From Eledone cirrhosa (Eukaryota): a stretch of 64,000 bases of DNA. Positions 27,423-38,253 of the stretch are shown piece after piece. Both the position numbers and the translations under genes were made by a program. Under the pieces are notes generated by a model. The model searched no databases. It worked only from the letters and a program-made list of their open reading frames with translations, and was not told the DNA's origin. Where the stretch lies: contig OZ024740.1 in assembly GCA_964016885.1 (NCBI GenBank), positions 278,566,001 through 278,630,000 of the forward strand. Reading direction: 5' to 3'. Position 1 is the first letter of the stretch, and the number at the start of each line of letters is the position of its first letter.

Positions 27423-27794
27423 TAGTCTACGACTTCTTTTATATCATAAACGTGGTTCTGTCTTTGCGTGTAATTGTTTTTCACCGCTCCAAATAATGAC
27501 GTATTATCTTCGATTTTTCCCGTTCTTTGCCAGGGAAAGTTTCCACGAACCGAAGTATCGTCTTCCTGTCTTCCTCCGGTTGCAACGTTTTTTGAAATAT
27601 TTACTTCTGCGTTCACAGATTGGCATTTTTAGTTTCAGAAGATCCCGTTAAGGGTGAAAGCAGCGATTCTTTGCTTAAACTTTAATCTGTTATTTTAATA
27701 AATATTTGCTCTACGGTTCTTATATATCTGATATATATTTATCCTTATCGAGCCCTCTTTCGATTTTAGTCTACTAATTTATTATTATTATTAC
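27423..27794 (+). mobile_element. Family G terminal repeat, longest copy, HHR-like fold at 27631-27681
   Basis: AGUUU CAGAAGA U CCC GUUAA GGG U GAAA GCAG..UUGC UU AAACU; ends in (ATT)n-TA. Confidence 0.75.
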
Positions 27795-27801
27795 TATATT
27801 A

Positions 27802-27893
27802 ATTTGCCTTTCATCCTTACGGGGTCGATAAAATAAAGTACCAGTAATGCACTGGGTAATTGCTGGCCTTCTGCCAAAAGTAGAAACAATTAT

Positions 27894-27895
<2 letters not shown>
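27802..27895 (+). mobile_element. Nin/Deu-core SINE 3' half
   Basis: tgcctttcatccttacggggtcgataaaataaagtaccag...agaaacaatt. Confidence 0.85.
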
Positions 27896-27977
<82 letters not shown>

Positions 27978-28040
27978 GTATATATATATATATATACGTG
28001 TGTGTGTGTGTATGTGTGTATGTATGTATGTCTCAGTCTC

Positions 28041-28414
28041 TGGTGGCCTGACCTGACATGTGAGACCTGTAATAGGGTTTGTCTGAGCATGGCAGGTCTA
28101 AAGAGTCATCTGAGAGTGCACAAGAACAGGGTAGCAGGCACCTGTGGAGCTATAAGTGTTCATCAGACGACGACATGTGATGTTTGTGGAAGGGTATGCA
28201 GGTCGAGTAGTGATCTCACACGACACCTCGGGTCACATGGTGCCATGGGCCCAGCACTAGGTGTCAATAATTATCACAAGTGTAGTGTTTGTACCACAGT
28301 TTTCAAGTCGCTGGCGGGACTAAAAAGCCACACTCGTTCAGCGCATCGGTAAGGGTTCTCCTACATGGATATAAAGTAGTGGCCGTACTCGAAAACGAGT
28401 TGGCAGCGACCATA
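28041..28414 (+). mobile_element. 5'-truncated RTE/BovB-like LINE end encoding three C2H2 zinc fingers
   Basis: [64 protein letters not shown]; stop at 28352; 3' hairpin ACTC GAAAAC GAGT; TSD tctcagtctc at 28031-28040 and 28415-28424. Confidence 0.75.
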
Positions 28415-28830
28415 TCTCAGTCTCGAAATTTCTTGATTTTTCAATAAATCTTTATAGAATATTAAAGAAAAATTTAATATCTAAAGTCTTGGTTTTATTT
28501 ATGAATTTATGTGAGTGCTTAGACATGTGATTTACTGGATAAAATATAACCTTATCTAACGTGCTATAAGAATTTAAATTATTGGAAGGACTTTCTTATG
28601 GAGGTTCCTTGAATATTGTAGTTTGAAAGCTAAGTAATGAATAAAAAGAATATTTTGTGAGGCGAGATTATATCTTAAGCTTATCTTAGTTCAGACGGAA
28701 CTCATTCATTCACGTGTGAGTTAGTTTTTTACAGATAATCTTAACTGTGGCTTAACACTTCGATATTCTCACCGAATTTCATGTTCTTTTCTTGAAAATT
28801 TGTTGTCAAAGAACAACGTTTTTTATATAC

Positions 28831-28907
<77 letters not shown>

Positions 28908-28983
28908 CTGTGCGTGTGTGTGTATGTGCGTGTGTGTGTGACTGTCTTTGTGTGTGTATACGTGTGTTTGTTGTGCGTGTGTG

Positions 28984-29017
<34 letters not shown>

Positions 29018-29101
29018 GTGTTTTTGTGTTACTATGTTATTGATTTTGGTTAGACATTTCATAAAAGATATTTTTGAGGTGTCAATCATATCTGCTTTTT
29101 A

Positions 29102-29272
29102 GGCTGAAACGTTCAAAGGATGAACAAAATGAGGTTTATTTTTCAACATAGCCCCAGGAAAGAAGCAATGCAGTTATTAATAAGAAGAGTTGAAATAAAT
29201 GTATGCAAAATTTCACAGCTCTATCATCACTCCTTCATAGTCAGCCCATGAACTTTTCAACCAATCCTCGTA
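29102..29272. mobile_element. Mariner-like MITE, inverted relative of 35317-35516
   Basis: Shared internal sequence and terminus tgaacttttcaaccaatcctcg-TA. Confidence 0.7.
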
Positions 29273-29311
29273 TTATATGCATAGAACTACATTATACAAT
29301 GCATTCTCCCA

Positions 29312-29680
29312 GTGAATTGGCAGTATCGGTATAGGGTCGGACATGCTTTCCAGCATAGTTACGTCCCTTTACGATCTGAGTTCAAATCCCGCCGAGGTTA
29401 ACTTTGCCTTTCATCCATACGGGGGTCGATAAAATAAAGCACCAGTAATGCACTGGCTAATTGCTGGCCTTGTGCCAAAAGTAGAAACAATTATTTATAA
29501 AGGCGGTGGATTGGCAGTATTGGTAGAGCGTCGGACACCCTACTTTGCGACTTAGAGTTACGGCCCTTTACATTCTGAGTTCAAATCCCGCCGAAGTTAG
29601 CTTTGCCTTTCATCCTTACGTGGTCGATAAAATAAACAACCAGTCACGCACTGGGGTCGATTTAATCGACTTTCCCCCTA
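29312..29680 (+). mobile_element. Two tandem Nin/Deu-core SINEs (29312-29492, 29501-29680)
   Basis: A-box tggcagtatcggtag, B-box gagttcaaatcc and core in both copies; the second is cut by the Tx1 junction. Confidence 0.85.
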
Positions 29681-29685
29681 CGCTC

Positions 29686-32600
29686 ATGGTCACAGCACAG
29701 GGAATTCTCCCGTTCTGTTGCCAGTTGCAGTAGACCGCCTCGAGGAGATCGAAGAACAAGTCCGGCATACTTAAATACAGTTCGTATGGAAGACCATCGA
29801 GGCCCGGAGATTTGCGTCTGCCGCATTGGCTCAGCATGTCCCCTATTTCAGCAGCTGAGATCGGCCTCCCGCAGGACTTCGCCTCCTTGTCCGAAAGACG
29901 TGGCAGACCGTCGAGGTATGGACCGAAGTCCACATCCCCATCCGGCCCCTCGCCCCTTCCGAACAATCGGGCAAAGTGCCTTTGAAAGGCCTCGCACATC
30001 TGCTTAGGTTCAAGGATCACCCGTCAATCCTGGTCTCGCAAAGACCGGATAGTGGATCTAATCCCACTTTTGGCTTCAATCACGCGGGCCCAGCTAACAG
30101 CTTTGGTCCCCTCGTTTCCCAGAGCACGTATTTTGCTTCGGACAATGCAGCCTTCGTGTTTCGCGTCGAAGAACTGGCCCAATGCCGTTCTCGACGCTAG
30201 CACTCTGGCTACGCTATCTACCAACTCCCTTTCAACTCCTTTTCCTTTCTATTTCTATCTGAGGCTAATTCCTTACTAACTCCTATTGAAGCTACTCTAA
30301 TCTCTCTTTTCAGAGAGCCCCACCACCTGCTGTTGACGATGGCGCCCGTCAACCGCTCCTTAACTAAAGCTTTACTTGCCGGTAAGGACAAGTTGAGCTT
30401 CCAGTAACCAGGTCCCTGTCTATGCGTTGACCATGGAGGTCACTAACTTGTGGTCTGACTAGTCAACCATGAGCATTTCTGGATAACTTAAAAAGTCCCT
30501 ATCCTTATTTCTAACTAAGAACCTATCTAGGTACGATCTAGATTGAGCGCGTGGTTTGTCCAAGTCCATGTTGGCACAGTCGGAAAATCTAGTCGATATC
30601 TATCGGCCAGGTGAATCGGCTGATTAACCCCTTGAGGCTGTTACAAACCCCCTCTATCAGGACATGCCCCTACATAGTCCCAACGTGCATCTAGGATACC
30701 ATTCCAGTGCCCCACTAAAAGCAAGGAGCGGGACGTCCCTAGAAAAGTCTCCAGACGATGGAAGAAGTCCGGCCGCGTTGACCCAAAAGGGCCGTAGACA
30801 GCGACCAGCCTAAAAGCTCCGCCTTCACCACTGCCAAGGTCCAGAACCACTAGTCAACCCTCCGGGTCCAAGTGTACCGTCTGTGTAGCGAGACCCAGAT
30901 GTTTTTGCAGCAGAACGACAACTCCACCCCCACCTCCGAGCTGACAGAGAGATGCGTGCATCTTAAAGTCATCAAAGGTGGGGCCAGCTGTCGCCCGCTG
31001 CTGATCCGGGCCTCGCAAATAACCATCACATTTATACATCGTGACCTGAGGTCATTTAGAAGCATTGCTTGCTTCCAAGTTGAGCCCAGGCCACGCGCAT
31101 TTAGACAACCTACTCTCAACACAACCATGTTGGTGGTAAAGAGAAAAGGCACTTACCTCCCTGCGTCCCGGGGACCGGGCCGCACAATTTCCATTGGGGT
31201 GGGGGTGGGTTGTTGGGTGGGGGGTTGTGGAAGTGTAGGGGCATCAGTGTGTGATGAGGTTGGGGTGTTTGGAGTTGAGTGGGTGTCTGGGGGGGATTTT
31301 TTAGGAGGACACGGTTAATGGGTCTGACGCAGGGGGGCCCCACGTCCTCTTTAAAAGTGTCTTTTAACGTTTTGTAAATGTCCATTGGGGCTTTTATCAT
31401 TATTAGATGGGGAAGCCCCGTTGCTTGCGCGAAATTCGAACCTTCGGTTTTTATTAAGTTGTTATAAATAACGTTTAACAGTTTTTTGTTTATTGTGTTT
31501 ATGCAAGTGTATGCATATTTTTCTTTTTGTGTGATGTTTTTTGTTTGCTGTTGTGTGTTTTTTGTGTTGATGTCTGTGTTATGTATTGGGGAGGGGTTGT
31601 TTGTATTTGTGTTCCTGTGGTGTGTTTTCTTTTTTTTTTCTTTTAACTTTATGAAAGTGTTCCCCACCCTCGTCTGACGACGAAGGGGGGTCGTCTTCCG
31701 TATTCGAGGGGAGGGGTACATTTTCGGCTCGTGTTTGTGGTGTGGGTGTTATTGTATTTGTTTTCTGTGTGGGGGGGATGGATGGGATTGTTTTCAGTTG
31801 TGTTTTAACTTGTGGTGTTAGTTGTTTTTGTGGTTGTGGTGGAGGTTGTGTTGGTAGTGTTGTAGTTGTTGGTGTGGGCAAAATCGGTGTTTTTTTGTTT
31901 GCTTGGGAACAGGCAGCCCTCAAGTGACCTCTTCCACCACAGAGGTAACAAGCGGGTCGTCTACCCTCCACTGTGATGTGTAAGTAGGCAAGCCCATCCA
32001 GCAATATGCGGTCGGGGATCCTAGCAATTCGTTCTGGTTGCATTTACACCAGAACTTGCAGGCTAGTTCCACCGAACACGTTGCTGGAAGACTTACCTAC
32101 CGAAATTACTTCATCCTCTTTCAAGTCGAAGAGGCCACACAGTACCGCCCAGAAATCAATATCTGGATCGATACTGTGTATGGTCAATCTTTGCGTTCTT
32201 CTTCCCAAATAAGTGGGGAAGAAAGTAAATAAGGGGGACACAATTGGGGCCAGGGAATGTTTTTCGGCCGTCAATTTATCTTTCATTCGGATGGATAGAC
32301 TACCGTAGAGTCAATCCTTCCGAATGAATACAATGTTTTTCAGATGTTTTTAAAGCCAGTTCAATCTCTGTCTGTGTGAGTTGTACTGGCTTAAGGGTTT
32401 TGTTGGATATTGTCCTATAAATAATAGTTTTTAAGCTATTTTCCTTTTTTAGCTCTGGGGGAGAATTTAAAAAAAATAGACCATTCTCCTCCAAAGTTAC
32501 ATACTTCCGTGCATTTTCCATTTGCTGGGCCAGGTTCGAAATGTCAATAGGTTCATAAACAATGGTTTTTTTGGATGTTTGAGCGAACGTCATTTTGTTC

Positions 32601-33243
32601 GCCCCCTCTTTGTTTACATTTGTCGAAATGTGGTTGTTTTCTTGTTTTTTCTTGTTACAATTTTCATTTTTTGTTGTGTTTGTGTTATTTATGTTGGTGA
32701 ATGCGTTCACATTTTTTCCCCCGTTGGGGTTAGATTCCATTTTTTCAAAATGTTCACTTATATTTTCAGTATCCAAGAGACTTGTAGTTACAGCTACTCG
32801 TTCTCTTTCACCTTTGCTGGTGGACGTGGCACCGTGAAAAGTTGAAACGGCATCCATTAATGTTAGCAATTTCTTCGAGTCAATTTTTTTCACATTTTTT
32901 AATTAGGGTTAGACTCCATTTTTTCAATGTTTCTAATAATCATTATTCTTTCAGTAGGGAGGCTTGTTGCCTCAGCTACCCGCTCTCCTTCAGTTTGTTT
33001 AGTGGGCGTGTCATCGTTACCTGTGGTAACGGCTTCGATTACCACTAGCGTAGAGACAATCACAAGATTTTTAGGATGAAAAATTTCACCCCAAAAGGGG
33101 TGAAATAAATTAACCGTAATGTCCGAAGACCCAGGCAAAGGGGTTAATTAACACAATAACGCAAGAATACAGACAAACACTTACTGTTAACACGTAATAT
33201 CTCCAATACTCGAGGAGCCGATGTGAAGAACATCTATACCATC
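29686..33243 (-). mobile_element. Tx1-like LINE, 3'-truncated and decayed (ORF1 about 32893-31150, ORF2 from about 31130)
   Basis: ORF1 knuckle CYLCGGRGHLRAAC; APE LRVGCLNARGL, VAVYGP, GYWKLN; KSPGLDGLPYELY; 5' end abuts (GATA)n. Confidence 0.9.
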
Positions 33244-33272
33244 CGGAGATAGATTGATAGATAGATAGATAT

Positions 33273-33562
33273 CTTTCTTTATTTGCCACAAGGGCGTACA
33301 ACAAATGGGATATTACAAGACGTGGCGGTGGGGATTTTACATAAAAAATCATATAACTTTAACATTAATAAATAACAATAAACTATATATAATAAAATAA
33401 CAATTGAAATCCCCAATAGGGGGGAACGTTACTGCAGGTTTTGTTTTACACCCCGCATATAGAACAACCCGCAACAGCAGGAGTACGTTTTGTATGTGTT
33501 CCCGTCTTTCCTCTTTTGTCCTCCTCAACCTTCAGATTTATATACAGTGAAGGCTCATTCAC
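33273..33562 (-). mobile_element. Tx1-like 3' UTR fragment between (GATA)n tracts
   Basis: Minus strand VNEPSLYINL, then UTR ending cccttgtggcaaataaaagaaa as at 37300-37320. Confidence 0.75.
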
Positions 33563-33611
<49 letters not shown>

Positions 33612-33687
33612 TATATATATTTATTACAATGCACCGAGAAGAGAGTATTGCCTAAATACACATATATAAAAGCTAGTTCTAAGACAT

Positions 33688-33868
33688 AATTGTTTCTACG
33701 TTTGGCACAAGGCCAACAATTATCTCAGTGTATTACTGGTACTTAATTTTATCGACCCCGTAAGGATAAAAGGCAAAGTTAACCTCGGCGGGATATGAAC
33801 TCAGACCATAAAGGCTGTAACTCTTTGCTGCAAAGCATAGCGTCCAACCCTCTACCGATACTGCCAAT
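33688..33868 (-). mobile_element. Nin/Deu-core SINE
   Basis: Full reverse copy of the family. Confidence 0.85.
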
Positions 33869-34294
33869 GACATAATGTTAAATCAATATATCAAATAGTA
33901 TTTCAAAACGGAAGGTCAATCAAACTTGGTGACAATAATTTGAGACGCTGAGCAAGACTGTTAGATTGAAATAGAAAATATGGTGAGGTTGAATAGAATT
34001 ACCATATGCATATAGGTTATTGTGACAGGGTATCGTGTTTAAGTACTGAAGATAAGTGTGATTCGTTAAAAGCTACTGGGATGCTTTTAGCAATAGGCAA
34101 GAATACAATTGATTGTGTATATACTATCAGTAAAGTATTCAAAAATGTCAGCCGAACAATGGATAAAAGATTCCTTCACTTCACTAATGTTACTTTGCAA
34201 ATGATTGTAGTGAGACAGAATGAGCTGTCACCAAAAACAAATTCTGAATATTTACTTGCTTGCCTTTATTATACATTTTATAGTATCTATACAG

Positions 34295-34412
34295 TCTGAG
34301 TTCAAATCCCGCCGAGGTTAACTTTGCCTTTCATCCTTACGAGGTCGATAAAATAAAGTACCAGTAATGTACTGGGTAATTGCTGGCCTTGGGCCTAAAG
34401 TAGAAACAATTA
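34295..34412 (+). mobile_element. 5'-truncated Nin/Deu-core SINE with TSD
   Basis: Core present; tatacattttatagtatctat occurs on both sides (about 34270-34290 and 34411-34431). Confidence 0.85.
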
Positions 34413-34465
34413 TACATTTTATAGTATCTATCAAATGGAAGTTGAAACTCGGTTCATTAAACAAA

Positions 34466-34951
34466 CTAGCAGAAAAACCACCCTTCGGGTGGTTTTCTAT
34501 TAGCATGTGTAGTGTGTATATTGATATTATACGCAATTATATATACATGTAGATATGATACATCAAATAATATCGTAATTGACAAAATACACAGAAATTG
34601 AACGAAGACTGCGTTACACTGTCTTATGTAATCAGTAACGTAATCCATGATACATTTAAAAAAGACGATATTATATATAAACTGCATTAGGAGAAAATTA
34701 GTGACGGAAATATATGAATGTTTATTTAAGCGATCGCTAACCGGAAGTGTTGACATTTGAAGATGTTAAAGAAGTGAATCTTTAAATAAGCAATAAAATA
34801 TATTTAATCAAAAGCTACGAAATTTAGTAGATAAATTATGTAATATTCATTCATTATTTATTCAAAGTAATCCAACTTATTTTACAAACGGGATAAAAAA
34901 AAATTATATTCTGGATGCAGTCCCGCACTCCTTACTTTATTATAGTTTAGA
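34466..34951 (-). mobile_element. Non-autonomous Helitron (486 bp)
   Basis: Minus 5' end A|TCTAAACTATAATAAA; 3' hairpin AAAACCACCC GAA GGGTGGTTTT, then CTAG|T at 34469-34466. Confidence 0.75.
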
Positions 34952-35022
34952 TTTGTTGCGTTAGGTATTCAACATTGAATTAATTAATTTTTAGATGTTT
35001 ATGTGTGTGCGTATGTGTGTGT

Positions 35023-35065
<43 letters not shown>

Positions 35066-35316
35066 TGTGTGTGTTTATGTGTGTGTCAGTGTGTGTGTGT
35101 GTGTATGTGTGTGTGTTTGTGTGTGTGTTTATGTGTGTGTCAGTGTATGTGTGTGTGTATGTCTATCGCATTACATGGTGTCTTCCAAACGTCATTTCTT
35201 GACCCTCTTAGTATCAACTCCATAGCCATCAGAAAAGGAGGCAGAATGAGATATTACCTATTTCTAGCTTGTTGTGTGCTTCTTGGTGGCAAATCGCATG
35301 GCAATGAACATAGGTA

Positions 35317-35516
35317 CGAGAGGAGGCTGAAACATTCATAGGTTGACTATAAAGGATTTAAGCTAGGATTGTGAAAACTTGCATGCATCAATTTCAACTC
35401 TTCTTATTAATAATTGCATTGTTTCTTTCCAGGGACTATGTTGAAAAATAAACCTTATTTGGTCATTCCATGAGAGTATCTTGATCAGGATATGAACGTT
35501 TTTCAGCCAACCCTCG
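35317..35516. mobile_element. Mariner-like MITE with TA TSD
   Basis: TA-cgagaggaggctgaaacattcata ... tatgaacgtttttcagccaaccctcg-TA. Confidence 0.8.
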
Positions 35517-35632
35517 TATGATATTAGAAGCTCCATCGCGTGTACTAGAATGCAAAATAAGTTTAATCCTTTGATGTATTGAAATAGTTTTGTTCTACTG
35601 ATTCTGCAACAACACATTCTCTCCACTACAAA

Positions 35633-35820
35633 TAATTGTTTCTACTTTTGGCACAAGGCCAGCAATTACCCAGTACATTACTGGTACTTTATTTTATCGA
35701 CGCCGGAAGGATGAAAGGGAAAGTTAACCTCGACGGGATTTGAACTCAGACCGTAAAGGGACGTAACTATGCTGGAAAGTATGGCGTCCAACCCTCTACC
35801 GACACTGCCAATTCACCGCC
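35633..35820 (-). mobile_element. Nin/Deu-core SINE, full length
   Basis: Reverse copy from ggcggtgaattggcag to agaaacaatt. Confidence 0.9.
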
Positions 35821-36198
35821 CAATTCACTCACTATAAATAATGGACGAAATCATAGCTCTCGTTACTTATATCCAAACTATCCTGCTGGAACTAATTCTA
35901 TTCATTGAGAAGAGTTATTTGAAACCATCACTCGATCAGTTCGCCAGTACAAGCAATCTCAAATATATACATTATACAATTTATCTATAATTCTGCAAAA
36001 CAGTTGAATCCGAGAATACCAGTCACATTTATTCCAAGGTATATAATACAGTGGTAGGCAGCGACTTGGCAGAGACGTCACGTTAGATTGTATGGAATTC
36101 GTTACGGCTCTCTGCGCTCAAATCCCGCTGAAGTCAACTTCCGAGGTCCAGTACTGGAGTCGATTCTTTCTCTATACCTGTTTCTTACTTCCTCTATT

Positions 36199-36239
<41 letters not shown>

Positions 36240-36339
36240 ACGATCGACTTTCGTCAAATCGGACCGACGGAACAATGTTTCCGTTGGTCTTTCCAATTGC
36301 TAATACTATCTATCGATCTATCGGTCGCAACTCCAGGTA

Positions 36340-36460
36340 GAAGGAGCAACGTGAAATAAAGTGTCTTGCTCAAGGACATAACGCATCGCCTGGTCCAGGA
36401 ATCGAACTCACAAACTTACGATTGCGAATCCAACTCTCTAACCACTCAGCCACACGCCTT
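36340..36460 (-). mobile_element. tRNA-derived CORE-SINE fragment
   Basis: aagtgtcttgctcaaggaca CORE motif plus tRNA head ggaatcgaactc..ctctaaccact. Confidence 0.7.
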
Positions 36461-36462
36461 CA

Positions 36463-36600
<138 letters not shown>

Positions 36601-36684
36601 TTTACGTCTCGAGAAAGAGAAAAAAAAAAAAAAAAAAAGGAGGGGATAGGTGATACATATAGTTATTTGCCAAGTAGCGTATGC

Positions 36685-36737
<53 letters not shown>

Positions 36738-36738
<1 letters not shown>

Positions 36739-37319
36739 ACTGCTGTCAAGGGTGGGACCGATCCGGTTGACCACCGAGTCTATTGTAATGATCAAGCCGC
36801 CTCCCCCCTTCAAAGATGAAGCAGAGGCGGTGTTTCTGTGCGTAATAGCCATGGCGAAAGAGGTTGTATGGTGGACGCGTCTGAAAGGACTGAGGTCAGG
36901 CACCTTTCTCTCTGGCCAACAACTAGTCCGTTTCTTCCGATATCATTTCGGAAGAAGGATCAGGATGGAGAGAGAGGTGCTCCACCCCAGTCATTTTTAT
37001 GAAAGGTGGGTGAAAGTGGCGAGAATGGCCCGTGTGAATGGGCCTTCTCTTTACATAAGCCTGTAGGTGGAAAGGAGGAAGGAACGAGGGAGCACCCCCT
37101 CTCTGTGCTCCTGAGGAAAAGGGTTGCACACTTTTTTCGGGGGTGTGTGCGACCCCCCAAGGCGCCTTCTCTCTATTGAGGATTTTGTTATAAATTTTAT
37201 TTTTTGTTATTTTATTCTTATATTTTGTTATTGCCTCCTCCTTATTGAGGACGCCTTTTTGTGTAAACTCCCCCCTTTGTACTTGTCCCACTTTTGATGC
37301 CTTGGTGGCAAATAAAAGA

Positions 37320-37322
<3 letters not shown>
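36738..37322 (+). mobile_element. Tx1-like LINE 3' end within (TA)n
   Basis: [43 protein letters not shown] is homologous to the end of ORF 56146-57261. Confidence 0.9.
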
Positions 37323-37370
<48 letters not shown>

Positions 37371-37373
<3 letters not shown>

Positions 37374-37806
37374 AAAGTTTTATTTAGAATTGTTGGGTTT
37401 ACAACAAGTAAATATTTTATAACCGATATAAAGCACTCGACAAGTTTTTGGAGTAGATATACGATATTAAACAAATGGAAACTATATTTATAAAACCATA
37501 TTTATTTCATTATACATATTTCAGGGATACCATATTAAAAATATGGCATGCCTTCGTCAGATAAAATACAATATATAAACAGTTTTATAAATAATTTTGA
37601 CGTACCATAAATATAAGCGACCATTAAGATAGGAGGCTATCTTAATGGTCGCTTATATTTATGGTACGTCAAAATTATTTATAAAACTGTTTATATATTG
37701 TATTTTATCTGACGAAGGCATGCCATATTTTTAATATGGTATCCCTGAAATATGTATAATGAAATAAATATGGTTTTATAAATATAGTTTCCATTTGTTT
37801 AATATC

Positions 37807-37807
<1 letters not shown>
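37371..37807. mobile_element. Family A palindrome: 171-bp arms plus 91-nt extension
   Basis: 37462-37632 is the reverse complement of 37637-37807, loop gagg; (TA)n on both sides. Confidence 0.92.
37703..37764 (+). ncRNA. Type I hammerhead ribozyme (mirror copy at 37505-37566, minus)
   Basis: UUUUAU CUGACGA AGG C AUGCCAUAUU UUU AAUAUGGUAU C CCU GAAA U AUGU A UA AUGAAA. Confidence 0.85.
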
Positions 37808-37875
<68 letters not shown>

Positions 37876-37876
<1 letters not shown>

Positions 37877-38218
37877 GATATTAACAAATGGAAACTATAT
37901 TTATAAAACCATATTTATTTTATTATACATATTTCAAGGACACCCCACTATCCGGGAGCTTCCAACAGTAATGGTTGCATTTTTTAAGGGTATGTCAATA
38001 TTTATTTATAAAACTGATCTATATTGTATTTTGTCTGATGAAGGCATACCATAATTTAACGTGGTGTCCTTGAAATATGTATAATAAAATAAATATGGTT
38101 TTATAAATATAGTTTCCATTTGTTAATATCGTATATTTACTCCAAATACTTGTTGAGTGCTTTATATCAGTTATAAAAATATTTGCTTGTTGTATCACAA
38201 CAATTTAAATAGAACTTT

Positions 38219-38221
<3 letters not shown>
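37876..38221. mobile_element. Family A asymmetric inverted element: 69-bp arms plus 90-nt extension
   Basis: 37876-37944 is inverted versus 38063-38131; same two termini as the 16651 and 37371 copies. Confidence 0.9.
38029..38089 (+). ncRNA. Type I hammerhead ribozyme (family A)
   Basis: UUUUGU CUGAUGA AGG C AUACCAU-loop-GUGGUGU C CUU GAAA U AUGU A UA AUAAAA. Confidence 0.85.

Positions 38222-38253
<32 letters not shown>

Noticed and set aside
34471-34498. Hairpin with T-tract resembling a bacterial intrinsic terminator
   Set aside because: It lies next to CTAG on the minus strand and is better explained as a Helitron 3' hairpin.
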